Source of the DNA: a virus
Taxonomy: Duplodnaviria > Caudoviricetes
DNA: 64,000 nucleotides
Reading direction: 5' to 3' (one strand)
Virus record (IMG/VR): IMGVR_UViG_3300021254_000021
Span: 1-64,000 of that record
Below, in pieces: positions 1-9,309 of this stretch (the stretch's first letter is position 1; every line of letters starts with the position of its first letter). Position numbers and translations under genes: made by a program. The notes under the pieces were generated by a model. It was not told where the DNA came from. It made no database searches and was given only the letters and a program-made list of their open reading frames with translations.

Positions 1-1
1 A

Positions 2-454
2 GTAATTGTGCTTTTACTAAGACCCATCTATACAAAGACTTTCCGTTATTTTTCTGAGTATAAAACACCTTATGGTGCAGGGATAAACAATAAGCCTTAT
101 ACATTACCTTGGGTGATTGTAGAGTCTTGTTTGGATGCAGATTTTCTTAGGCAGTATTATCCTTATGTGATAGCCACCTTCGGTGTTACCGTATCCAACT
201 TCTTACAGGAATTTCTTTTTGAAACAGCACCTTACATTATAGTAGGGTTCGATAATGATGAGGCAGGATTACAGGCATATAAAAAGATGTATTATAAGTA
301 TAAGGGTAGGGTGAAGAAGATTGAGCCACCTTTAAATAATAAAGACTTTGGAGACACCCTCAATCATCTTTTTGCCAATAACTTAATACAGTTTGAGCTA
401 GAATCTCTGCTAATAAAAACATCTCTGCAAGCACTTACGGAATACCAATGTTAA
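2..454 (+). CDS. DNA primase C-terminal TOPRIM region (5'-truncated by window edge)
   Basis: VIVESCLDA, GFDNDEAG (DxD) and KDFGD motifs of DnaG-type TOPRIM; frame open from window start. Confidence 0.8.
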   Translation, partial: VIVLLLRPIYTKTFRYFSEYKTPYGAGINNKPYTLPWVIVESCLDADFLRQYYPYVIATFGVTVSNFLQEFLFETAPYIIVGFDNDEAGLQAYKKMYYKYKGRVKKIEPPLNNKDFGDTLNHLFANNLIQFELESLLIKTSLQALTEYQC

Positions 455-2430
455 TACAGTCTTTACGTCCACAGACATTCTCACAGGTTGTTGGAAACAG
501 GTTAAATAATAAGATTCTTATGACTTTGGCTAAGAATCCAGACAAAGGCCCTTCTACGATTATCCTTCAAGGTTCTTTTGGTAGTGGTAAAGCATTGGAT
601 GTTAATTCCATGATACCGACACCTTCTGGATTAAAAAGAGCAGGGGATATTCAGATAGGAGATTTCCTGTTTGATCATACAGGACAGCCGACACAGGTAA
701 CGGGAGTGTTTCCTCAAGGTTTATTGGATTCTTATAAGGTAAAATTTGAGGATGGCAGAGTTGTTTATTGTAACTCGGAACATTTATGGACAATTATAGA
801 TCGTAAGACAGGGGCTTTTAACACGCTGTCTTTACAGAATATCATAGATCGTAATATAGAGGTGGAAATTCCCGTTAATAAACCTGTCCAGTATTCCTCT
901 AAACCGTACATTATTCCACCTTATGTATTAGGCCTTTTACTTACTGAATCAGAGGTGGATAAAACGACTGTATTATACAGTGGTAAGTATTTGGATATTC
1001 TTAAATCTCAAATGCCTAATATAGAGTGGGAGTACAATCTTATTTGGTCATACTCTATTCCAAAAGACAGTCAGGGAAATATTATCTCTAAAGAAGCATT
1101 CTATGGAGATATTCTCACGGATGTAGAGAACAGCATTATACCAGAAATTTACTTGCAAGGAAGTATTCCACAACGTTGGGATATTCTGCATGGTATTATG
1201 GATGTTAGAGGAACAGTCTCTAATGATAATAATGTATTCTGTGAAATAGAACAAAGTATGAGAGAGTCTTTCCAAAGGCTTGTTAATAGTCTTGGTTTAG
1301 TCGTCTCTATAATAGAGGGCGTAAATAAAGATGTCTTTTACTTTAAGGCTAACAGGAAAACAATACAGAAGCTATTTAAGACCAGACAGATTGAAGATAG
1401 GCCATATAACAGCCATATAGATACAACCAAGATTGCCATTACCTCAATTGAAAAAGAGGAAGAACAGAGGGAGATGGTTTGTTTCTTAGTGGATAATCCA
1501 GACCACTTATTCTTATGCAATGACTTTATTGTTACACACAATACCACATCATCCAGACTGTTTGCTAAAGCATTAAATTGTAAACATTTAAAAGAGAATG
1601 ATATTTGTGGTGAGTGTGATACCTGTAAAGCAGATTTAAATAATGTCCCGTGGTACACAGAATTTGATTCCTCTGCAATGGGTAATGTGGACTCTATAAG
1701 AGAATTAAGGGACATCTTTATTACTACAGCCAGAGGTTATAATAGAGTTATCACTCTTGATGAAACACACCTACTTTCCAAGACCGCACAATCTGCTTTA
1801 CTTAAAGTGTTTGAGGAGACACCCAGAGGAATTTACTTTATTTTATCTACCACTGATCCAGATAAACTTTTACCCACTATCCGTTCACGTTCATTGGAGC
1901 TTATTTATACAGCTAAATCCTCTAAGGAAGTAAAAGAGGATATAGACAAGCACGCTAAAGAGCTAGGGCTTTCTTTATCCTCAACCACTCTGGATGTGAT
2001 TGCTACACGCAGTAGAGGAATAATGCGTAATGCACACATGCTTCTGGATAAAGTTAATTTAATTGGAGAGGAAGAGTTTTTAAAATCGGATTTACCAACC
2101 ACCTCTCTCTTAAATAATTTCATAGTAGCCATACTAAAAACAGATCGTGTTTCCGTATTAGATACTGTGTCAGAATTATCCCGTATTCCAGTTTCATATC
2201 TTAAAGATGATTGGCAGGAATACTTTTTAAATCTAATGCGAGCATCTATTGATCCTGATCTTGTACAGGATGATAGGATTAAAAAGATTGCTTCTGCACT
2301 TGGTAAACAGACTGTAAATATAGTTAAATTCTGCATACAGGATTGGGTGATAAAATCTTTTCAAAACTCCACACAAGCACAGACAGCTATGTTAGCCATT
2401 TATCAGTCTCTTTCTAAGGAACAAAAATGA
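448..2430 (+). CDS. dnaX: DNA polymerase III gamma/tau-like clamp loader AAA+ ATPase, intein-containing
   Basis: LRPQTFSQVVG N-terminus, Walker A GSFGSGK|T split by intein, AKALNC..CGECDTC Zn site, LDETH Walker B, TIRSR motif. Confidence 0.9.
   Translation: MLIQSLRPQTFSQVVGNRLNNKILMTLAKNPDKGPSTIILQGSFGSGKALDVNSMIPTPSGLKRAGDIQIGDFLFDHTGQPTQVTGVFPQGLLDSYKVKFEDGRVVYCNSEHLWTIIDRKTGAFNTLSLQNIIDRNIEVEIPVNKPVQYSSKPYIIPPYVLGLLLTESEVDKTTVLYSGKYLDILKSQMPNIEWEYNLIWSYSIPKDSQGNIISKEAFYGDILTDVENSIIPEIYLQGSIPQRWDILHGIMDVRGTVSNDNNVFCEIEQSMRESFQRLVNSLGLVVSIIEGVNKDVFYFKANRKTIQKLFKTRQIEDRPYNSHIDTTKIAITSIEKEEEQREMVCFLVDNPDHLFLCNDFIVTHNTTSSRLFAKALNCKHLKENDICGECDTCKADLNNVPWYTEFDSSAMGNVDSIRELRDIFITTARGYNRVITLDETHLLSKTAQSALLKVFEETPRGIYFILSTTDPDKLLPTIRSRSLELIYTAKSSKEVKEDIDKHAKELGLSLSSTTLDVIATRSRGIMRNAHMLLDKVNLIGEEEFLKSDLPTTSLLNNFIVAILKTDRVSVLDTVSELSRIPVSYLKDDWQEYFLNLMRASIDPDLVQDDRIKKIASALGKQTVNIVKFCIQDWVIKSFQNSTQAQTAMLAIYQSLSKEQK
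592..1542 (+). mobile_element. Intein (317 aa, Ala-starting, class 3 type) in DnaX P-loop
   Basis: Starts ALDVNSMIPTPSG, block B HLW, block F MVCFLVD, ends VTHN|T; degenerate LAGLIDADG blocks. Confidence 0.88.
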
Positions 2431-2852
2431 GTATTAATAAATCCCTCTTTACATCCAATACACCTGAATGGGCAACGCCGCAGGACTTTTATGACCATCT
2501 AAATGAGGAGTTTCACTTTGAACTAGACCCTTGTGCCACAGATGAGAATCATAAATGTGATATTTACTTTACTAAAGAGACAGATGGATTAAAGCAGGAC
2601 TGGGGAAATTACCGTGTTTATTGTAACCCGCCTTATGGCAGAGGAATAGACAAGTGGGTTGAGAAATGTGCTACACATAAAGGTTTGGCTGTAATGCTTA
2701 TCCCTGCCAGAACAGATACCGCTTGGTTTCATACCTATATTTACAAAAAAGAGAATGTGGAAATACGGTTCATAAAAGGTCGCCTAAAGTTTGGTGATTC
2801 TAAAAACTCGGCCCCATTCCCTTCTATGGTCATTGTCTTTAGGAATGCTTAA
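2427..2852 (+). CDS. Phage DNA N6-adenine methyltransferase (Dam-like)
   Basis: WATPQ, FELDPCA, DGLKQDW, CNPPY, LIPARTDT.WFH, RFIKGRLKF, APFPS. Confidence 0.92.
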   Translation: MSINKSLFTSNTPEWATPQDFYDHLNEEFHFELDPCATDENHKCDIYFTKETDGLKQDWGNYRVYCNPPYGRGIDKWVEKCATHKGLAVMLIPARTDTAWFHTYIYKKENVEIRFIKGRLKFGDSKNSAPFPSMVIVFRNA

Positions 2853-2854
2853 TA

Positions 2855-3157
2855 ATGAATACACCGTATATCCCTAAAATAGAATATCCTTGTTTTGTAG
2901 TAAAGGTGTATGATTCTAAAAAGCATTTAGTATTCTGGTTAAATAGACATTTTTTAAGGCTAAAATCTGTATATAATTCGTATATACACAAAAAGGATTG
3001 GAAGGGTGTTGTTTATTGCATCTATCAATACCCTACATATTCTTTTAAAGAGTTATTGACATATCGAAATAATAAAGATAGAGTTATTTTAACTTCACCA
3101 GAAGCAGAAATATTATCTGGTGATTATACCGAGGGGTGGGGACTTGTCAAGAGGTAA
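2855..3157 (+). CDS. Hypothetical protein
   Basis: ORF tightly packed in operon. Confidence 0.6.
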   Translation: MNTPYIPKIEYPCFVVKVYDSKKHLVFWLNRHFLRLKSVYNSYIHKKDWKGVVYCIYQYPTYSFKELLTYRNNKDRVILTSPEAEILSGDYTEGWGLVKR

Positions 3158-3599
3158 GGCAAATAATTCAAATAATTTGGAGTCTTACATAAAGGACTCA
3201 CAAATTACAGACTACGGTTGGCGATATATTCAGAATCTTAGTCGTACAGTGTGTTATCGTTATTATCGCACGTATGATACAGAGGATTTAATATCTTTAG
3301 CCATAACTGATTTAGCAGAATTTCTTTTTCTGTTAGAAAAGAGTGATGAGTTACCACGCTCTATACGGAATGTATTATTCACTAGAGCTAGAAATACGAT
3401 GTCTAATTATCTTTATCACCGCAGAAAGGATGTTCCTACAGAGGATGAGATCTTAGACACTCAGATTTCTATGGAATGCTATACAGATGAATTACCTATT
3501 AAGTATGAATTTAGTACTTTAGAGGAAGCACATCTTTTATCGTTAAAACTATGGCGTCTCTACGAGGGAGAGAAGGATAACTCTGATAGTTTGGAATAG
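3120..3599 (+). CDS. Putative sigma-factor-like protein (sigma70 region 2-like only); start may be TTG at 3144
   Basis: EDLISLA...L..RARNTMSNYL..RR resembles sigma region 2; no obvious region 4. Confidence 0.45.
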   Translation: MIIPRGGDLSRGKANNSNNLESYIKDSQITDYGWRYIQNLSRTVCYRYYRTYDTEDLISLAITDLAEFLFLLEKSDELPRSIRNVLFTRARNTMSNYLYHRRKDVPTEDEILDTQISMECYTDELPIKYEFSTLEEAHLLSLKLWRLYEGEKDNSDSLE

Positions 3600-3610
3600 A
3601 GGGAAGGAAA

Positions 3611-3982
3611 ATGAGAGAGCCGGGAAAATTACTAAAGATAGCGAATTTGAGTAAGAAAGAACGTGGACAGTTATCCGATATTCTGGACAATCTTTCTGGT
3701 ACGAATACATTTCGTGTATTGGAGAATTTCTTAGGTGATAAATTCCTTCCTTTTTTAGACATCTTTCAAGGTGATAATATTCATGTACCTGCCGTCAATA
3801 AGGTTTTACTAAGAGCTGAATATATTAAAATTTACAATGATTCCTCTATATATGAAATAGACTATCTAGCTAAGAAATATAAGAAGAATCCATCTGTAAT
3901 ACATGAGATTATTCAAGCTGTTCATCAGGAGTTAGAACAACAGGGCGGTGATACTAATGATATGGAGTTAGAAGATGACTGA
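3611..3982 (+). CDS. Mor/C-family-like transcription activator
   Basis: F..IFQGDNIHVP...IKIYND....I..LAKKY......I..II matches Mor-family layout with C-terminal HTH. Confidence 0.55.
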   Translation: MREPGKLLKIANLSKKERGQLSDILDNLSGTNTFRVLENFLGDKFLPFLDIFQGDNIHVPAVNKVLLRAEYIKIYNDSSIYEIDYLAKKYKKNPSVIHEIIQAVHQELEQQGGDTNDMELEDD

Positions 3983-4436
3983 TAAAGATGTAGAAGTGAC
4001 AGAGCCTTCGGAGCTTTCTGAAGCACAGTCCACAGAATTACAGGAAGTTTTAAAAGAGCTACCTATGGATCTTGTTAAGAATCTTCCTACAATTGTTTCC
4101 CGTCTCAATGCTTTTCTCACATTCTACTCTACACTTAATTTAAAGCGTTTATCCAAGCTGACAAATTACATGGTAAAAGCAGAGGAAGTATTGTTTGATG
4201 AGGACAATCTCCTTAATCAGGATAACGACTCTATTAAAGAGAATTATAAACAGGCTAAAACAGCGTCTTTGGAGATTTTGGACTTGGCACGTAAGGTGGC
4301 TATACAGATTCCACAAGAAGAATCTTCTAATAAAGAAGTGGATGAGGTTTACAAGTTATTGAAGTCGTTGTCGCCAGACGCAATAGCCAGTATTAAGGAA
4401 AGTTTGGTTTCCTTAAAATCCACAGAGGAAGAATAA
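3975..4436 (+). CDS. Helical protein, possible terminase small subunit
   Basis: Directly upstream of TerL; positional inference only. Confidence 0.4.
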   Translation: MTDKDVEVTEPSELSEAQSTELQEVLKELPMDLVKNLPTIVSRLNAFLTFYSTLNLKRLSKLTNYMVKAEEVLFDEDNLLNQDNDSIKENYKQAKTASLEILDLARKVAIQIPQEESSNKEVDEVYKLLKSLSPDAIASIKESLVSLKSTEEE

Positions 4437-4466
4437 TCCTTTTGTGGATTTTCTTTTAGGTGTATT

Positions 4467-7400
4467 ATGGCTAATAAAGATAGAGACTATATTTTAAAGC
4501 AGATTTTTAATAAACTTTCCGTTAAAAAAGAGGAGCTTATACGTCCAATTATTCCAGTCAGTGAATGGGTGAAAGATCCTTATTATGTAGGACAGCAAGG
4601 TTTAGCTCTCTATCCTTTTTGGATTAAGGTTATTGAAGATACTTTTAAAGATGGGAAACTGAACTATAATATAGTGATTGCATCAGGCGGCATTGGAACT
4701 GGTAAATCAACCGCAGGTGTATATCTCATGGTTCGTTTCCTCTATGAGCTTTCCTGTTATGAGAATATCCATAAACATCTTGGCTTAAGAATGGATACCG
4801 CCGCTCTGGTATTCCTTCTTTTTTGTATTACAAAAAAACAAGTTAAGAATACGACATTTAGAAAACTAAGAGAGACCATAGATTCTATACCTTACTTTAG
4901 AGAGAATTTCCCTAGATATGAAAGAGCTAATGATGAATTACGTTTTCCTAAGAATGTTTTAACACTATACGGTTCTGGTACTGGGGATGCTATCGGGCTA
5001 GACGTTGTATGTAGCATGGTCGATGAAGCAAACTTTTTTTCGGATGCCAGTGGTAACTCAACAGATATGTCAGAGGTATCTGATTTACATAGAAGTTTGG
5101 TAGCACGTCAGGCTTCCCGTTTTATGACAAAGGAAGGAAATAAATCTCTTTCCATTGTAGTATCTTCCAGTACATATTCCTCTGGTTTTACAGAGGAATT
5201 AAAGCAAAGATCATTAACTGATCCTACCATTAAATATTATCGTGCAAGAGTCTGGGACGTAAAAGAAAAGGGGACTTTTTCTAACGAGGTATTCTATGTA
5301 TTTTGTGGCAATGATAAGATAGATCCTTTTATTATAAATGATGTGATGGATATTAGTGCAAAGCTGAATGTTCCTGTAAAGCCAGATATGAGTATAAAGG
5401 ATGCAGTAGCATTATTGCCTAATGAGTTAAGAATTTTAGTAGATGATGTACCTATAAATTTTAGGTCACAATATGATGTTAATCTTTTAAAGTCTATACA
5501 GGATGTTTCAGGATTTTCCATTCAAAGTACTGGAGGTTTATTTAATAACAAAACTGTATTTGAGGAGTGTGTGGATGCAGGTATACCAGATCTCTTTACA
5601 AAGAATGAGTTTGTTATAGAAACACAGAATGACTCTCAGATAAATACAGTTATGTACTATCTTTCTGGAAGACCCTTCCTTCATCCAGAGTGCCCTCGTT
5701 TTGTTCATATAGACCTTAGTCTAAGTACAGATACAACGGGTATCGCTTGCTGTTATAAGTATGGTGAGAAAGAGGTGGATGGTGTCAAGCACCCAGTCTA
5801 TTTTTATGATTTCTGTATAAGAATAATGCCACCACCTCCACCAAAGAAAATTTCAATTTCAAGGGTTGAGGAGTTTATTGTTTATATGCGGGACAAACTT
5901 CATTTAACCTTTGGTATGATTAGCTTTGATCAATTTCAATGTCTTCATGGAGATACTTTGATTTATACAACAAAGGGTAACATACCTATTAAAGAAGTGA
6001 AGGTGGGAGATTTTGTTATTAATGATAGTGGAGAATGTAGAGTCAATAAAGTATTTCATTATCAAGATGCTGATCTTATTAGAGTTACTACAAAAAGAGG
6101 GAAAGAATTAATAGGTACACCCAATCATAGAATAAGAGTAAGTAGGAAATGGGATTATTCAAAAGTTTGGAATGGACATAAATGGTCGCCTCAAAAATTT
6201 AAAGTTAGACAAACACCAAATTGGGAGTGGATTAGTTTATCCGATATTAAACAAGGTGATATAGTAGATACTGATTATATTGTATATGACTCAAATAATC
6301 ATTTGTTTGAAGATCTCTATAAGGAGAGAGATATAGCATATTTAGTAGGGTATTATTTAGGTAATGGTAATTTAGGAACTAATAGAGATCATGGAGTATA
6401 CTTTACTACTGGTAGTGAGAAATATGCAGACAAAATAAAAATATTATTAGATACTTACTTTGTAGGTCATATTCATAGAGTTTATAAAAAAGTACAGCCC
6501 ACTACAGGGTATTCTGTACAGGCTCCTTATAAGGAAATATCAGACTTTTTTTATTCTTTAGGTTTTTGTAAAGAAAAGAGTGATACTAAAAAAATACCTG
6601 ATTTAGTAAAAGGGTTATCCAATAATTTCTTATTGAGTTTATTATGTGGTTATATAGATGCTGATGGAACTACAGTGAATCATCAGATAAATTGTAGTTC
6701 TACCTCTATACAGTTATTAAAGGATTTTAAGTTTATTCTGGAGTATAGATTGGGATTAAGAGGATTTATCTCAAAGGTTAGAGATGCTTGTAAAATGGAA
6801 GTTATTGGAAAGATATGTAAGGCTAAGACTTCATATCATTTAGGCATTACAGGTAATGTAGAATCCTTAGATATAGGATTATCTTTAAAATTAATAGGAG
6901 TTAGAAATTATAGACCTTATTTTGATAAGGTTGTTTCTGTAGTAAGTTATGGTAAATCAGATGTTTATGATTTATCTGTAGATAAAGAGCAAGCGTATGT
7001 TGCAAATGGTATATATTCTCATAATAGCTCCTCAAGTCAACAGCGTTTACAGGAATTAGGTTTTCCTGTTCGTTACCAGTCAGTAGATCGTACAGATAAG
7101 GCATATTTATTTTTTATAGATCAGATGTTCTTAGGTACAGTTAAATTTAATAGACAGTTTGCAGATACAATAGAACATGAACTATTCAACTTGCAACATA
7201 ACAGACAAAAGCATAAGGTGGATCATATTTTAGATACTGCACATGGGTATACGAAGGACGTTTGCGATAGCGTGGTCGGTAGTTTGTATAACTGCTTTGA
7301 GTGTGCGCCAAGACAGGTAAATTTTGATGATACTTATGCACTATCTTATCTTAATTCTGATGCAAATGTAGCTCAGTTTACAGAGGATTCTGCTTGGTTG

Positions 7401-7481
7401 TTTGATCAGGATTCTCGTGCAGAACAAATAAAAGAAATTGTGGGACAAGAGTATAAAGATATAATGAAGAATAGATTGTGA
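4467..7481 (+). CDS. terL: Terminase large subunit, intein-containing
   Basis: GGIGTGKS Walker A, MVDEANF Walker B, HIDLSLSTD nuclease motif, KVDH...KDVCDSV C-terminus. Confidence 0.92.
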   Translation: MANKDRDYILKQIFNKLSVKKEELIRPIIPVSEWVKDPYYVGQQGLALYPFWIKVIEDTFKDGKLNYNIVIASGGIGTGKSTAGVYLMVRFLYELSCYENIHKHLGLRMDTAALVFLLFCITKKQVKNTTFRKLRETIDSIPYFRENFPRYERANDELRFPKNVLTLYGSGTGDAIGLDVVCSMVDEANFFSDASGNSTDMSEVSDLHRSLVARQASRFMTKEGNKSLSIVVSSSTYSSGFTEELKQRSLTDPTIKYYRARVWDVKEKGTFSNEVFYVFCGNDKIDPFIINDVMDISAKLNVPVKPDMSIKDAVALLPNELRILVDDVPINFRSQYDVNLLKSIQDVSGFSIQSTGGLFNNKTVFEECVDAGIPDLFTKNEFVIETQNDSQINTVMYYLSGRPFLHPECPRFVHIDLSLSTDTTGIACCYKYGEKEVDGVKHPVYFYDFCIRIMPPPPPKKISISRVEEFIVYMRDKLHLTFGMISFDQFQCLHGDTLIYTTKGNIPIKEVKVGDFVINDSGECRVNKVFHYQDADLIRVTTKRGKELIGTPNHRIRVSRKWDYSKVWNGHKWSPQKFKVRQTPNWEWISLSDIKQGDIVDTDYIVYDSNNHLFEDLYKERDIAYLVGYYLGNGNLGTNRDHGVYFTTGSEKYADKIKILLDTYFVGHIHRVYKKVQPTTGYSVQAPYKEISDFFYSLGFCKEKSDTKKIPDLVKGLSNNFLLSLLCGYIDADGTTVNHQINCSSTSIQLLKDFKFILEYRLGLRGFISKVRDACKMEVIGKICKAKTSYHLGITGNVESLDIGLSLKLIGVRNYRPYFDKVVSVVSYGKSDVYDLSVDKEQAYVANGIYSHNSSSSQQRLQELGFPVRYQSVDRTDKAYLFFIDQMFLGTVKFNRQFADTIEHELFNLQHNRQKHKVDHILDTAHGYTKDVCDSVVGSLYNCFECAPRQVNFDDTYALSYLNSDANVAQFTEDSAWLFDQDSRAEQIKEIVGQEYKDIMKNRL
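5940..7025 (+). mobile_element. Intein (362 aa) with LAGLIDADG domain in TerL nuclease domain
   Basis: DQFQ|CLHGDT, TPNHR block B, GYYLGNG and GYIDADG, VYDLSV, YSHN|S. Confidence 0.92.
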
Positions 7482-7529
7482 GATTGCTCTTTATCAACTT
7501 TATGTAGCTATGAAGTCGAGGAGGCTATT

Positions 7530-8045
7530 ATGGTAAAATTAAGAAGATATGAAGCAAAGCAGGTAGGAGATATTTATCATTTTTGTACTCTACAAGTAGC
7601 AGTAAAGTATATTATTCCTAATGATACTTTATCACCTTCAGGAAAATGGACGAACTCTTTGATAGGTTCGTCAAATGTTTTGTCTTTTACTAGGGATAAA
7701 AGATTTATAGTAGATCTTCTTAGTTATGAGAAAATTCTTGTTAGATTTGATGTAGATGGTAATAAGCTCTCTGAAAATCATAGAATTTTCCCTTATAATG
7801 ATATAGATACATCAGTATATGGAGGGGATTTAGAAAAAGAGGAAGTGGTAGTTGGTAAAATAACGAACTTTTCTAAATACATAAAGTCCATCGCAATTAT
7901 TTTAAACAAACCACTCAATTCTACGGATATTCTTTTTCAGAAAAATTATTTAAAATCTGCATTAGAGAGTATAATAGCTTATGCAGAGGATCATTCTATT
8001 CCACTGGAAATAGACGCAGAATTAAAAAAGAATATTTTAGATTAA
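7530..8045 (+). CDS. Leader-bearing protein, possible ADP-ribosyltransferase fold; paralogue of 49201..50139
   Basis: MVKLRRYEA leader; YH, SFTRD, DG.KLSEN, EKEE shared with the 49201 ORF. Confidence 0.5.
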   Translation: MVKLRRYEAKQVGDIYHFCTLQVAVKYIIPNDTLSPSGKWTNSLIGSSNVLSFTRDKRFIVDLLSYEKILVRFDVDGNKLSENHRIFPYNDIDTSVYGGDLEKEEVVVGKITNFSKYIKSIAIILNKPLNSTDILFQKNYLKSALESIIAYAEDHSIPLEIDAELKKNILD

Positions 8046-8068
8046 CGAAAACTAACTGGTAATGAAAC

Positions 8069-8590
8069 ATGGAAAAAGAGATAGCCGTTGGTCATACAGT
8101 AGAGAGAATCGCTGAACAGTATTCATGCTTTAATCCTTACGCAACCCTCTCTAAGATTTATTCTGGTTTAAGCAAGGATGAGAATACAGCAATTCACCAG
8201 ATAGGACAGTTAGATACTAAATTAAAAGTAAATCTTACAGAGCTTTATCGTGATCTTCTTAGGTTTAGGAGAGGTAACGTAACACTCAAGTCTATGGAGA
8301 TTATAGACCTTTTAAAGAATAAATACGCACCTTTAATTAACTCACTTTCCTCGGAACAAACACAGTTAGCCAAAATTCAATTTAATGAGTGGAAACTGGA
8401 ATGGATGCTTAACTATCTTAAAGATTCTGTCTTTTATGACGACGAGTTCTTTGCAGAGAGTTATTCCATTCCAGTAACCAAAGAAACAAAGACTGTTTTA
8501 AAAACACTTCGAGAGCTTTATTTCACAGAGGATGAAATAATGAAGGAGTGGGGAGAAGAATATCTAGATGATGAGGATGATGTAGAATAA
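8069..8590 (+). CDS. Hypothetical protein with acidic tail
   Basis: 173-aa ORF in operon. Confidence 0.65.
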   Translation: MEKEIAVGHTVERIAEQYSCFNPYATLSKIYSGLSKDENTAIHQIGQLDTKLKVNLTELYRDLLRFRRGNVTLKSMEIIDLLKNKYAPLINSLSSEQTQLAKIQFNEWKLEWMLNYLKDSVFYDDEFFAESYSIPVTKETKTVLKTLRELYFTEDEIMKEWGEEYLDDEDDVE

Positions 8591-8640
8591 CCTCATTCCT
8601 ATCTACCCTTCATGGAGACTATGCTAATGGAGGGTTCATT

Positions 8641-9288
8641 ATGGCTACTTCAAAAATAGTAAACATCTGTATAGACCCGGGACATGGTGGAATCCAGCCG
8701 GGAGCTGTTTCAAAGACTTTTGGTTATTTAGAAAAAGATATAGCTTTAGACATTTCCATTAAAGTAAGAGACTATCTTCTTTATGCCACTAAGGAAGGAG
8801 ACAACTACATTATAAATGATCATTGTCCTAGTTCCTCGTCTTTGGTAGAAGTGTCTATGACCCGTACTACGGATGTCGATATTTCTTTAGCAAACAGATG
8901 TGCTTTTGCTAATTCTAAAGGGTCTAAACTCTTTGTCTCTATACACTGTAATTCATGCACTAGTGAAGAACCAAATGGAATAGAGACATGGTGTTATGAT
9001 TCTAAGAAATCCAAGTCTAAGACACTTGCTACGAATATTCAGAACTCTATTATGGAGAGAGTGAAGGATTTTAGACTGGATATAAATAATGAGGATCAGC
9101 CCATAAAATCTCGTGGTGTAAAATCCACTACTGCTTATTACACCTTACGTCATACAACAATGCCTAGTGTCGTTGTAGAGTGTGGCTTTATGTCCAATCC
9201 ACAGGAAGTCTATCTGCTCTATAACTCGGAGAAATATAGAATTGCTATCGCTAAAGGTATTGCTGAGGGTATTTTAAAGTCTTTATAA
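8641..9288 (+). CDS. N-acetylmuramoyl-L-alanine amidase (Amidase_3), probable endolysin
   Basis: IDPGHGG, EKD, TR.TD...SL..R...AN, FVSIHCN, VVVECGFMSN. Confidence 0.92.
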   Translation: MATSKIVNICIDPGHGGIQPGAVSKTFGYLEKDIALDISIKVRDYLLYATKEGDNYIINDHCPSSSSLVEVSMTRTTDVDISLANRCAFANSKGSKLFVSIHCNSCTSEEPNGIETWCYDSKKSKSKTLATNIQNSIMERVKDFRLDINNEDQPIKSRGVKSTTAYYTLRHTTMPSVVVECGFMSNPQEVYLLYNSEKYRIAIAKGIAEGILKSL

Positions 9289-9309
9289 TAAAAATAAAGG
9301 ATATATAAT

